Shown here: one piece after another, positions 29,970-39,392 of the stretch | Layout of the letters: every line of letters starts with the position of its first letter | Numbering within the stretch: the first letter of the stretch is position 1 | Assembly: GCA_965219995.1 (NCBI GenBank) | Contig: CBDCOX010000002.1 | Location: 2,080,001-2,144,000, forward strand | Origin: Candidatus Latescibacterota bacterium | Lineage (GTDB): Bacteria > Latescibacterota > UBA2968 > GCA-2709665 | Direction: 5' to 3' | DNA length: 64,000 bases | Translations under genes and position numbers: made by a program | Notes under the pieces: generated by a model | What the model saw: the letters and a program-made list of their open reading frames with translations, nothing else | Told to the model about the DNA's origin: nothing | Databases searched by the model: none

Positions 29970-32864
29970 ATGATTCTCTTGTCAAGATCTCCCGGAAGCC
30001 GTTTTGTGATCCCTGCGTTCGTCTTGCTTTATTACGGCGGCTTGGCTTATGGATCGCCACCGATTGAGTACGTCAAGGAACACCACCCGCCGAAGCTGGA
30101 AGGCGTGCTGGCACGGATTCGAAAACACTGGACGGCACAAAAGCGGGCGCTGGCCAAGGCGACGGCGAGACAATATGGGGCTGCAAAAATCGTTGGTGAA
30201 AACATCACTGTCGTATTGGTGCCTCGCCATGGGAGACTTTCAGTTAGCATAGATTTCGCGGCTCTTTCCGACATCGGCGTTAGCATTGTCGCCCAATCGC
30301 GGCATCTATTGAAGGTGTCTACACCCATAGCAGCACTCGAGAGTTTGACACATGTGGACGGCGTTCAATTCGTGCGGTTGCCCATAGAACCCAACTTACG
30401 CATCGTTGAAAGCGAGGGCGTGGAACGCATCGGAGCGCAATTTTACTTAAGTGAGGGATTTTCGGGTCGGGAAGTCAAAGTCGGGGTTATCGATGTCGGT
30501 TTTGTCGGGGTACCTTCACTGCAGAATCGCGGCGAATTGCCGGCTTTGTCTTATCGGGATTTCACTGGCGAAGGGATTTTTACCGAAACAGAGCATGGAT
30601 CGGCCTGTGCTGAAATTGTATACGACATTGCTCCAAACGCTGAAATTGTCCTATATAAGGTGAGCGGCATGGTGAGTTTGGAGAACGCTAAGGATGCTGC
30701 AATCCAGGACGGCATGGATATTGTCACTGTTTCTTTGGGATGGGATTTCGCAAGGGGTTTTGGTGACGGTACAGGTATTGCGTGCGAAATTGTAGATGAC
30801 GCGTTTCAGAATAATGTTCTGTGGGTCAATGCTGCCGGAAACGAGGCACAGAGCAAGATCATTGCAGAATTAAACCCGGATGGCGATGGATTTCACAACT
30901 TTGATGCAGACGACCGGATCGTCAAATTAAAAAATCGTCAAACAGGTGATTTGTATTTGTCAACAGGAGATAAAGTAACAGCGGTGTTGACATGGAACGA
31001 ATGGCCGCTTACGTCTCACGACTACGATCTTCTGCTCGCAAAGATCAGGACAGACGGCACATCCGAGGTAGTTGCACTCGCAGACACCAAACAACGTCAG
31101 TCAGAGCCCTTCGAAGGTCTTGAATATGAGATTCGAGACTCGGGAACCTACGGTTTGGCGATTTGGAGGGCACCGGACGCGAAAGTTACCGAGTTCAAGT
31201 TGCTCAGCACAACCCATGATCTCGACGGGCCTGTATCCACTTCGGGCTCATTGAGTATACCGGGCGACGCGCGGGGCGCGCTGACCGTGGGGGCGATGCA
31301 TCACCGGGAATGGAGGACAGGACCGATTGCGGCGTACAGTTCTCGCGGTCCAACTGTTGATGGACGAACCAAGCCGGACCTCGTTGGTCCTGCTGGCGTT
31401 CTCACGATAAGCTATGGAGAATCAGGATACCACGGTACATCAGCGGCGACGCCGCACGTAGCCGGGGCCGCGGCGCTCCTGAAATCCTCCGATCCGGTGC
31501 ACTATAACGCCCAGAATCTATATGACGCGCTGGTGCAATCGACGGTCGATATGGGAGATCGGGGCCCCGATAACGTCTATGGCCACGGGCGATTGGATCT
31601 GTCGTTGGTTCCTCCCATTGGCAAGCCCGCTATGGAACTTTCACGTGACGTGCTGGATTTCGGCGCGGTTCTGTTGGGGTCGTCGCACACCCGGAACCTG
31701 AATATTGTCAACCCCGGTCGTGCGTCTCTTGTGATCACAAATATCCAGTTGCCGACCAGTGAGTACCGCATCTCAGAACCGACCTTTACCGTCGCGCCAG
31801 GGCGCAGCAATCGGATTGCCGTCACGTTTTCGCCCCAAAGCGAGGGTGATCAGTCTGGCAGCATGACCATTCTGAGCAATTTGCCACGGACCACCGTAAC
31901 GCTCCGGGCGCGAGGCGTGCGGCAAGCCGTTGTTCCGGTTCCTCGGATTGCGGTCGATGGGTCAGCGCGCAGTTTTGGCGTTGTCGACGTCGGCGGTTCG
32001 AAGTCCCAGACGGTAACGGTCACGAATACCGGTGACGCTCCCCTGTCGATTACGGATATCACCGCCAGCGACGGACAGATTAGCGCATCACCCACGCAAT
32101 TCTCGATTCCGCCAAAGCAGAACGGCTACTTTACGATTCGATTCGAGCCGACCCGCTCCGGTGACCTGTCGGCGCGTGTGACCATTTACAGTGACGATTC
32201 TAATTCACCTGCGGTCAGTTTTCCCGTTGCAGGAACGGGACGCCGATCCGCAACCGCGTCCTTTACGTTGTCTCTTGTCGTTGACGCTCCGCAGAATCAG
32301 GGCGTCTATGCCGCGCCTGCGGACGGCGTGATCGCTGTCGAAATACAAGGGCAGCGGGTGAAGGACGCCATCGGATTTCGCGCCGTGTTCGATCTTGACG
32401 CGCCGGCCCTGTCTTACAGCGGCTTTGAAATCGGAAACAGCATTCCGAACGGGCATTCCCCGGGCCACTATTATCCCTCCGCCGATTCTTCCTCGGTGGA
32501 AGTGACCGCGGCGTCATTCGGCGGAAGAATCGCACAATCAACGGCGAAACTGGGCACGATAAGGTTTGCCGTCGCGGATGCCTTTCAGTCGGGTCAGATC
32601 CGATTGAGTTACGCGCGCATCCGGCGGTCCGGTCAATTCGAAGCGTTTGCCGCTCCCGTGGTCCTGCGTTTTTCACGACAACGAGGACCCAGGGGAGACT
32701 TCGACGGCGACGGGACCGTCGGCTTTGCCGATTTTGTGCAGTTTGCCGGCGCGTTCGGTCTGAGTCGCGGTGATGCGGGGTATGACGCCAAGTTCGATCT
32801 GGATGGAAATGGCATGATCGGATTCAGTGATTTTCTCGTCTTTGCCGGCAGCTTTGGTACGTAG
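29970..32864 (+). CDS. Secreted S8 subtilase with two ASH/choice-of-anchor-D Ig domains, a cohesin-like domain and a dockerin-like tail
   Basis: Triad VIDVGF / HGSACA / GTSAATPHVAG; NAAGN; LDFGAV and SFGVV Ig domains; GDFDGDGTVGFADF...FDLDGNGMIGFSDF. Confidence 0.85.
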   Translation: MILLSRSPGSRFVIPAFVLLYYGGLAYGSPPIEYVKEHHPPKLEGVLARIRKHWTAQKRALAKATARQYGAAKIVGENITVVLVPRHGRLSVSIDFAALSDIGVSIVAQSRHLLKVSTPIAALESLTHVDGVQFVRLPIEPNLRIVESEGVERIGAQFYLSEGFSGREVKVGVIDVGFVGVPSLQNRGELPALSYRDFTGEGIFTETEHGSACAEIVYDIAPNAEIVLYKVSGMVSLENAKDAAIQDGMDIVTVSLGWDFARGFGDGTGIACEIVDDAFQNNVLWVNAAGNEAQSKIIAELNPDGDGFHNFDADDRIVKLKNRQTGDLYLSTGDKVTAVLTWNEWPLTSHDYDLLLAKIRTDGTSEVVALADTKQRQSEPFEGLEYEIRDSGTYGLAIWRAPDAKVTEFKLLSTTHDLDGPVSTSGSLSIPGDARGALTVGAMHHREWRTGPIAAYSSRGPTVDGRTKPDLVGPAGVLTISYGESGYHGTSAATPHVAGAAALLKSSDPVHYNAQNLYDALVQSTVDMGDRGPDNVYGHGRLDLSLVPPIGKPAMELSRDVLDFGAVLLGSSHTRNLNIVNPGRASLVITNIQLPTSEYRISEPTFTVAPGRSNRIAVTFSPQSEGDQSGSMTILSNLPRTTVTLRARGVRQAVVPVPRIAVDGSARSFGVVDVGGSKSQTVTVTNTGDAPLSITDITASDGQISASPTQFSIPPKQNGYFTIRFEPTRSGDLSARVTIYSDDSNSPAVSFPVAGTGRRSATASFTLSLVVDAPQNQGVYAAPADGVIAVEIQGQRVKDAIGFRAVFDLDAPALSYSGFEIGNSIPNGHSPGHYYPSADSSSVEVTAASFGGRIAQSTAKLGTIRFAVADAFQSGQIRLSYARIRRSGQFEAFAAPVVLRFSRQRGPRGDFDGDGTVGFADFVQFAGAFGLSRGDAGYDAKFDLDGNGMIGFSDFLVFAGSFGT

Positions 32865-33170
32865 TGTCGTACAGTAAGACGTTGAAATCCCCCCTCCGCA
32901 TCAAGGGGAGAGTGATCGAACCCACGAACGGTATTGCGGGTTCACTTCATTCATTCCGTTTGCTTCTGTACATCGCGAAGCCCCAATAGGTAAATGAGTG
33001 CTGAATAATTGGCATTGTACACCAAAAACAGATTATATTTGCATAACCGACTTTCAATCCGAATTCCATGTGCACCTTCTCGACCTGCGTTAACGCGCGC
33101 TACGACAGGCCGCTTCGACTAGCTAAACGCGAGCAGCGAACGCGTTCCTCCTGAGTCAACTGAATCCCCG

Positions 33171-34442
33171 ATGTCTGAACGATCCGAAGGTCCCTCCGAA
33201 ACCCCACCCCCTTTGAACGGCGCGCTCGCGCCGCTGAGCAACCCCGACTACCGCCGGCTGCTGGCCAGCAACGCCCTCTGGTGGCAGTTCATGTGGATGG
33301 AGATCATCGTGGCCGGCTGGCTGGTCCTGGAGCTTACGGACTCGGCCTGGCAGGTGTCGCTCATCGGTTTCTACCGCATGGCCCCGCTGCTGCTGATCGG
33401 CTTCGTCTCCGGGCCCCTCATCGACCGGTTCGGCCGCAGGAGGATTATCATCTTCTCCCAGGCGGTCAACCTTGTCGTCTCCCTCCTGATCGCCGTGATC
33501 ATTCTGACGGACCGCCTGGTCGTATGGCATCTGGCCGTCGGCGCGCTCGTGATGGGCACGACTTGGGCCGTGGACTGGACCGCGCGGCGTTCGCTGCTGC
33601 CGGACCTGGTGGGCAAGGCCAGAACCATGGACGCCATGCTCCTGGAGGGAATCTCCCAGAATGTCACCCGGGTTGCCGGGCCCTTTTCCAGCGGCGCCCT
33701 CTACGCGACCCTGGAACCGCTCGGGTGCTATCTGATCCTGACCGGGATCGCCCTGGCGTCACTGATCATCCTTGGACGGCTCTCCAAACAACCCGCCCTC
33801 GAAAAGACGCCGACGGACGGTTCCCACTGGACCCGGACCGTGGAGGGGCTGCGCTATATCCGGCGAAACCCCGCGATTCTGGGGGTTACGCTCATTACGG
33901 TTGCCATGAACTTCCTGGTCTTTCCCTACCAGACCCTGTTGCCGGTGTTTGCGAGGGACATCCTGAATCAGGGTCCCGTCGGATTCGGCGTACTCGCCTC
34001 GGCCAATGGGGTCGGCGCGTTTGCCGGCCTGTGGATTGTCAGCAGGCTCCGCCAAAGCGTGACTGCAACCCTGCTCTATGCGGGCGGCTCGTTTCTGATG
34101 GCCGCCGCCGTGGTTGTTTTCGCGACGTCGACCGACTTCCATGTTTCGCTGGCGCTCCTCATCCTGTCAGGAATCGGCCATGCGGCCTTCGGTCTTCTCC
34201 AAAGCACGATCGTCCTGTTATCGGCGCGGGACGACATGCGAAGCCGTGCAATGGGAGGCATCGTCCTCGCCATCGGCACCGGCCCGCCGGGACGCCTCAG
34301 CACGGGCGCGGTGGCCGAACGCTTCGGCGCGCCTTTCGCCGTCTTCGTCGCGTGCACCATCGCGGCCTTGATCGTCGTTGCGGTGACGCTGGCCATGTCG
34401 GGCTTCCGAAACGCATCGGCCGCGCGCGAGGCGAACGCATGA
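33171..34442 (+). CDS. MFS transporter (DHA3/MFS_3-like)
   Basis: About 12 hydrophobic segments; GPLIDRFGRRR; LLPVFARDIL. Confidence 0.88.
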   Translation: MSERSEGPSETPPPLNGALAPLSNPDYRRLLASNALWWQFMWMEIIVAGWLVLELTDSAWQVSLIGFYRMAPLLLIGFVSGPLIDRFGRRRIIIFSQAVNLVVSLLIAVIILTDRLVVWHLAVGALVMGTTWAVDWTARRSLLPDLVGKARTMDAMLLEGISQNVTRVAGPFSSGALYATLEPLGCYLILTGIALASLIILGRLSKQPALEKTPTDGSHWTRTVEGLRYIRRNPAILGVTLITVAMNFLVFPYQTLLPVFARDILNQGPVGFGVLASANGVGAFAGLWIVSRLRQSVTATLLYAGGSFLMAAAVVVFATSTDFHVSLALLILSGIGHAAFGLLQSTIVLLSARDDMRSRAMGGIVLAIGTGPPGRLSTGAVAERFGAPFAVFVACTIAALIVVAVTLAMSGFRNASAAREANA

Positions 34443-34468
34443 AAAAACCGGCCCATCGGGCCGGTTTC
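34442..34468. terminator. Terminator-like hairpin between convergent genes
   Basis: AAACCGGCCC-ATC-GGGCCGGTTT preceded by an A-run. Confidence 0.65.
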
Positions 34469-34509
34469 GTCGCCATCCGAAGTGTGTTTTCGTTTTCAAA
34501 GGCAAGTAC

Positions 34510-35499
34510 TCACGTCGCCAGAATTCGCGATACCTCCTCCTTGAGCGATACCTCCAATCTGGGGCCGTACTGCGCCACCACCCGCATCGACGCGTAGTTC
34601 GCGAGTTTCGCCGCCTGCGCCGCGTCGAATCCATGGGTAATCCCGAACAGATAGGCCCCGGCAAACATATCCCCGGCACCGTTGGTATCCACCGCATCGA
34701 CGTTGAATCCCGGGGAGTGAAACCGTTCGCCACCGTCCCGCACCACGGCGCCGTTGGCCTCACACGTGACGGCGTATGCGCCGACCATCGTTTCGAGTGC
34801 GGCGCAAGCGCCATTCGTATCGCCGGTTTCCGTAAACGCCTTCGCCTCGTCTACATTGCAGAACAGCATATCCACCCCGCCGGACACCAGAGCCCGCATC
34901 CGGTCCCCGAACGCGGACACGATGGAGGGGTCGCTCAACGTGAGCGATACCCGCGTCTTCCGCGCGCGTGCCTCGGCCTGGGCGGCCAGCGCCGCGTCGA
35001 ACCCTTCATCCGAGGCGACAAGATAACCTTCAATATACAGGTACTCGCTCTTCCCGATCACCTCGGGTTCGAGCTGTGCCGGTCCAAACGTCCCGGTGAT
35101 GCCCAGGTACGTATTCATCGTGCGATCGGCGTCGTCCGTGATCATCACGAGGCACTTGCCCGTAATTCCGTCACCCTGAAACCGGTTGGAAGCCACCCCC
35201 GCCGCCTCCAGGTCCCCGAGGTAAAATTCCCCGTACGAATCCTTCGCCACCTTGCACGCATAGTATGCCCTGCCGCCGAAGTCCGCTACCGCAATCATGG
35301 AATTCGCAGCTGAACCACCCGACGAGCGCTTCAGAACGTCATCGCCCAGGCGTTCGAGGAGCTGGTGATGCCGGTCTTCTTCGATCAGCGTCATCACGCC
35401 TTTCTCGATTCCTGCCGACGCGAGAAAGCCGGGTGTGACCCGATACTGAATATCCACCAGCGCGTTGCCGATTCCGTACACGCTAAACGCACGACCCAT
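34510..35499 (-). CDS. PfkB family adenosine/carbohydrate kinase
   Basis: GIGNALVD, SGGSAANS, RTMNTYLG, YIEGYL, VDTNGAGDMFAG. Confidence 0.9.
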   Translation of the reverse strand: MGRAFSVYGIGNALVDIQYRVTPGFLASAGIEKGVMTLIEEDRHHQLLERLGDDVLKRSSGGSAANSMIAVADFGGRAYYACKVAKDSYGEFYLGDLEAAGVASNRFQGDGITGKCLVMITDDADRTMNTYLGITGTFGPAQLEPEVIGKSEYLYIEGYLVASDEGFDAALAAQAEARARKTRVSLTLSDPSIVSAFGDRMRALVSGGVDMLFCNVDEAKAFTETGDTNGACAALETMVGAYAVTCEANGAVVRDGGERFHSPGFNVDAVDTNGAGDMFAGAYLFGITHGFDAAQAAKLANYASMRVVAQYGPRLEVSLKEEVSRILAT

Positions 35500-35561
35500 T
35501 CGCGCTCCTTGCAAAATCGGTTGAATTCTTTATCATAGTGGCGTACGCGGACCGAGGCAGC

Positions 35562-35585
35562 GGCCGGTTTGAAACCCGCCCCTGC
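35562..35585 (-). repeat. Degenerate GTAG-family REP-like palindrome
   Basis: Minus strand reads GCAGGGGCGGGTTTCAAACCGGCC. Confidence 0.45.
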
Positions 35586-35655
35586 AATGGGGTCATTTGC
35601 CTAACCATAATACAATGAGCCGGATAAGGAAACACCCTTTTTCGAGGAAACGGAA

Positions 35656-36411
35656 TTGAGCGCGATCATTACCTGCAACGTGCGGGACCAGGTCATCCTC
35701 ATCGACGTCGAATCTGAACGGGACGACGAGGCCTCGCGCAACCACGAACTCTGGCGGGCGAATTCCTTCAACGAAAAGGAACCAGATACCCTGGACTGGA
35801 TCGATACCTGGTTCCAACCAGGCGAGACCATTTACGACGTCGGCGCGAACATCGGCCAATATTCCCTGTACGCCGCGCGCAGGCTGAGGGAACGCGCCCG
35901 GATCCTCGCCTTTGAACCGGAAGCCCTGAACCACGCCAAACTGAACAGGAACATCCTGCTCAACGGCCTGGGAGAGGTCGTTACCGCCTACCCCATCGCC
36001 GTATCGGACCGCACGGCCATTCAGCACTTCTATTCGAAGACCTTCGCCCCGGGCGCCGCGCTCCACGCGCTGGGGGAACCCGTTACCCAGGGCGCCGTCC
36101 CCTTCGCGCCGCAGAACCGGCAGGGGGCAATGGCTGTGTCGCTGGACGACCTCACGGGGCGATTCGGCCTGCCGTTTCCCGACCACGTGAAAATCGACGT
36201 CGACGGCATCGAAGACAAGATTGTCGCCGGCGCATCGCGAACGCTTCAGGATGCCAGACTGAAAACCGTGCTCATCGAAGTCTTCATGTTCGAAGATATG
36301 GCCCGGAAGATCGAATCCGCATTCTTCGAACGGGGATTCGGCCTCGCCAACGCCGTCCCGGTCGACTACACCGAGGGCATTGTTCAGAACCTGGTTTTCA
36401 AGCGAAAATAA
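35656..36411 (+). CDS. FkbM family SAM methyltransferase
   Basis: KEPDTLDWI, YDVGANIGQYS, AFEP, VKIDVDGIE. Confidence 0.9.
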   Translation: MSAIITCNVRDQVILIDVESERDDEASRNHELWRANSFNEKEPDTLDWIDTWFQPGETIYDVGANIGQYSLYAARRLRERARILAFEPEALNHAKLNRNILLNGLGEVVTAYPIAVSDRTAIQHFYSKTFAPGAALHALGEPVTQGAVPFAPQNRQGAMAVSLDDLTGRFGLPFPDHVKIDVDGIEDKIVAGASRTLQDARLKTVLIEVFMFEDMARKIESAFFERGFGLANAVPVDYTEGIVQNLVFKRK

Positions 36412-36424
36412 ATGAGAAGATTCC

Positions 36425-37699
36425 ATGTCCATTTTTGAAGACGACGTACTGGAACGGCGGCGGCAGCGGGCTTGCGGGGCGCTGGGAGAGGACCCGCCAA
36501 TCGTGCTCTTCGGCGCCGGACGGCCCGTTCAGGTTCCCGGGGGCCAGGACCAGACCTATCCGTTCGTCCCCTACCCCGAATACTACTGGCTGACCGGCTC
36601 GGGGCGCTGGGGCGGCGTGCTCGCATTCGATCCTCAGGAAGGCTGGACCCACTTCGTACGGCCGGTTTCACAGAACGAGCGACTGTGGGAGGGCGGCGGC
36701 GAGACGGTCGAAGGCGTGGACGTGGCCGACCTGCCGGGCTGGTTGGAAAAACGCGGCGGCCGCGCCGTTGCGGTCATCGGCGGGGCGGTCGAAAACGCGG
36801 AGAGCGACCCCCAGCTCGCCTCGCGTATTCAATCGTCACTGGACGGAGTCCGCCGCCGGAAGGACGCCGCCGAAATCGAGCTGATGGAGAGGGCGGCCAA
36901 AGCGACCGCGGCCGGCCACGCGAAAGCCCGCGACGCCATCCGACCGGGCGTCAGCGAACGCGGCATCCGAATCGAACTCGAAGCCGAGATGTACCGGCAC
37001 GGCGCCGACGACGTCGCCTTCGACACCATCGTCGGCGCGGGAACCCATGCGGCCGTGCTCCATTTCGAACCCGGCGCCCGGACAGTGGCGCCGGACGACC
37101 TGGTCCTCATCGACGCAGGGGCGTCCATCGCCGGCTACGTGGCGGACGTTACCCGCACCTATCCCGCCGGGGACCGCTTCACGCCCAGGCAGCAGGCCAT
37201 CTACGATCTCGTTCTCGCCGCCCAGCTGAAAGCCATTTCCGCCTGTCGGCAAGACGTGGAATGGCACCAGGTACACCGCGCCGCGGCCGGTGTCATCGCC
37301 ACGGGACTTCGGGACCTGGGCATCCTCAGAGGGACACAGGACGACCTCCTCGACAGCGGCGCCATTTCTCTCTTCCTGCCGCACGGCGTCGGCCACATGG
37401 TCGGCCTCGGCGTCCGCGACGTGGGCGGCCGGGCGGCCGGGCGCGAAGTCAGCGTCTATTGCGGCATCCGGATGCGCCTGGATCTGCCACTTGAGGAGGA
37501 CTTCGTCATGACCGTCGAGCCCGGCGTCTATTTCGTGCCCGCGTTGCTCGACGACCCCGAGCGTCGCGAACGTTTCGCCGGAATGGTCGACTGGGACACA
37601 CTGGAATCCTGGCGGGCGGTCGGCGGCGTCCGCATCGAGGACAACGTGCTCATCACCGCCGCCGATCCCCGTAACCTGACGTCAGGGATACCCAAGTGA
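36425..37699 (+). CDS. Xaa-Pro aminopeptidase/dipeptidase (M24B)
   Basis: AVLHF, LIDAG...ADVTRT, PHGVGHMVGL, TVEPG, GGVRIEDN. Confidence 0.9.
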   Translation: MSIFEDDVLERRRQRACGALGEDPPIVLFGAGRPVQVPGGQDQTYPFVPYPEYYWLTGSGRWGGVLAFDPQEGWTHFVRPVSQNERLWEGGGETVEGVDVADLPGWLEKRGGRAVAVIGGAVENAESDPQLASRIQSSLDGVRRRKDAAEIELMERAAKATAAGHAKARDAIRPGVSERGIRIELEAEMYRHGADDVAFDTIVGAGTHAAVLHFEPGARTVAPDDLVLIDAGASIAGYVADVTRTYPAGDRFTPRQQAIYDLVLAAQLKAISACRQDVEWHQVHRAAAGVIATGLRDLGILRGTQDDLLDSGAISLFLPHGVGHMVGLGVRDVGGRAAGREVSVYCGIRMRLDLPLEEDFVMTVEPGVYFVPALLDDPERRERFAGMVDWDTLESWRAVGGVRIEDNVLITAADPRNLTSGIPK

Positions 37700-37776
37700 T
37701 CCCCGCGGACACCCGGGTGGGGCTGATCGGAGTTCGGTGGCGCGCCGGAACAGCATGTACGAGGGTAGAGTAAATC

Positions 37777-39141
37777 ATGGCTGATCCATCCGCTGCCGCC
37801 GCCCGCGCCCCGGGACCGGGCGGGATCCCGTTTCTGGGCTGCGTCCTGCCGTTTCGGAAGGACCCGATCGGGTTTCTACGGGATGCCTGGTCCACGTACG
37901 GCGACGTGGTCCGGCTGGATATCCGGGGGAAAACGGTGTACCTGGTCACCCGCCCGGAGCACATCGAACACGTGCTGGTGCGCAGGAGACGCACTTATTT
38001 CAAAGGATACGGGTACGACGACCAGAAGCTGCTGCTTGGCGAGGGCCTGATCACGAGCGAGGGAGAACTCTGGGAGCGCCAGCACCGGATCATGCAGCCG
38101 TTCTTCACGCCCAGAGGCACGATGCGCTTCATGGATGTGATGGTGAACGCGATTCGCGACATGCTTGCGCGGTGGGAGCTTCTCGCGGATGGCGAACGAG
38201 CGATCCAGGTCGACGAGGAGATGGCGCGCCTCACGGGGAATATCATCGTACGTATCCTCTTCAGCAGGGACCTGAACGAAGAGGCATCGGGGATCGACGA
38301 GGCATTCCAGTATTGCGTGGGATTCATCGACCGGCGTTCCGCCGATCTGATCGCACTTCCCATGTTCCTCCCCACGCCGGCAAACCGCCGGTTCAGGCAT
38401 TGTCTGAACGCCATCCACCGGTACATCGACGAACGAATCGACGAGCGTCGCCGCCACCGGGGAGAAGAGGACCTGCTTTCCGTACTGATGGGCGCCCGCG
38501 ATGAGGAAACGGGCGAGCGCATGGACCGGCGGCAACTCCGCGACGAACTCGTTACGCTCTTCGTCGCCGGATATCAGACGACGATGCACGCGCTCACCTG
38601 GACCTGGTACCTGCTGGACCGGCATCGGGACGCGGCGGGAAGGCTGTGGGAGGAGGAGCGTTCGGTCCTGAACGGACGTGAGCCCACCATCGAGTCCGTC
38701 CATGAACTTCAATACGCTCGAATGGTGTTCCAGGAAGCGATGCGCCTCTATCCGCCGATCAAGGTGATCGTTCGGGAGGCCGCGGCCGACGACGAGATCG
38801 ACGGGTACCACGTCTCCGCCGGATCGCTCGTACTCATCAGTCCCTACATCACGCAACGCCACCCGGCGCTATGGGAGCATCCGGAATCGTTCGACCCCGA
38901 ACGATTCACGCCCGAACAGACGGAACGACGGTCGCGCTACGCGTATCTGCCCTTCAGCGCCGGGCCGCGGGTGTGCCTGGGCGGTCACTTCGCGATGCTG
39001 GAAGCGGCGCTGGTGTTGTCGATGACGATCCGGGAATACCGGCTTCAACTCGTGCCGGGCCACCCCGTCGAACCTTCCATGGACGTGAAAACCTGGCCGC
39101 TCCACGGAATGCCCATGACGGTGCATCGGCGGGAAGCGTGA
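37777..39141 (+). CDS. Cytochrome P450
   Basis: I-helix AGYQTT, EAMRLYPP (ExxR), FDPERF, heme motif PFSAGPRVCLG. Confidence 0.95.
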   Translation: MADPSAAAARAPGPGGIPFLGCVLPFRKDPIGFLRDAWSTYGDVVRLDIRGKTVYLVTRPEHIEHVLVRRRRTYFKGYGYDDQKLLLGEGLITSEGELWERQHRIMQPFFTPRGTMRFMDVMVNAIRDMLARWELLADGERAIQVDEEMARLTGNIIVRILFSRDLNEEASGIDEAFQYCVGFIDRRSADLIALPMFLPTPANRRFRHCLNAIHRYIDERIDERRRHRGEEDLLSVLMGARDEETGERMDRRQLRDELVTLFVAGYQTTMHALTWTWYLLDRHRDAAGRLWEEERSVLNGREPTIESVHELQYARMVFQEAMRLYPPIKVIVREAAADDEIDGYHVSAGSLVLISPYITQRHPALWEHPESFDPERFTPEQTERRSRYAYLPFSAGPRVCLGGHFAMLEAALVLSMTIREYRLQLVPGHPVEPSMDVKTWPLHGMPMTVHRREA

Positions 39142-39383
39142 GACGTAAGACGTGAGCCGTGAGAAGATGTCCTTGCCCGATTCGTACTTCCTTAATGCCT
39201 CCGACAAGAAATGAACCCGCACGGGGCAATATAACCGGTTAGACGTGAGACGGTAGACGGTAGATGAAAACGTTACCACAGTGTTTTCACATTAACCGTG
39301 CCTGTTTTTTTCGCCGTAATCGTAACGACAAGAAATACCATGTGGCACTGATATCATCTCACTTCTCACCTCTCCCGTCTCCC
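39138..39383. repeat. Three blocks of four degenerate heptamers (GTGAGAC consensus), third block inverted
   Basis: 39138-39165, 39238-39265 and inverted 39356-39383. Confidence 0.7.
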
Positions 39384-39392
39384 CGCCTTTTG

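Noticed and set aside
25430-33100. Prophage or contractile injection system
   Set aside because: The spike-like repeats are only an inferred fold; no capsid, sheath, tube, baseplate, terminase or integrase genes
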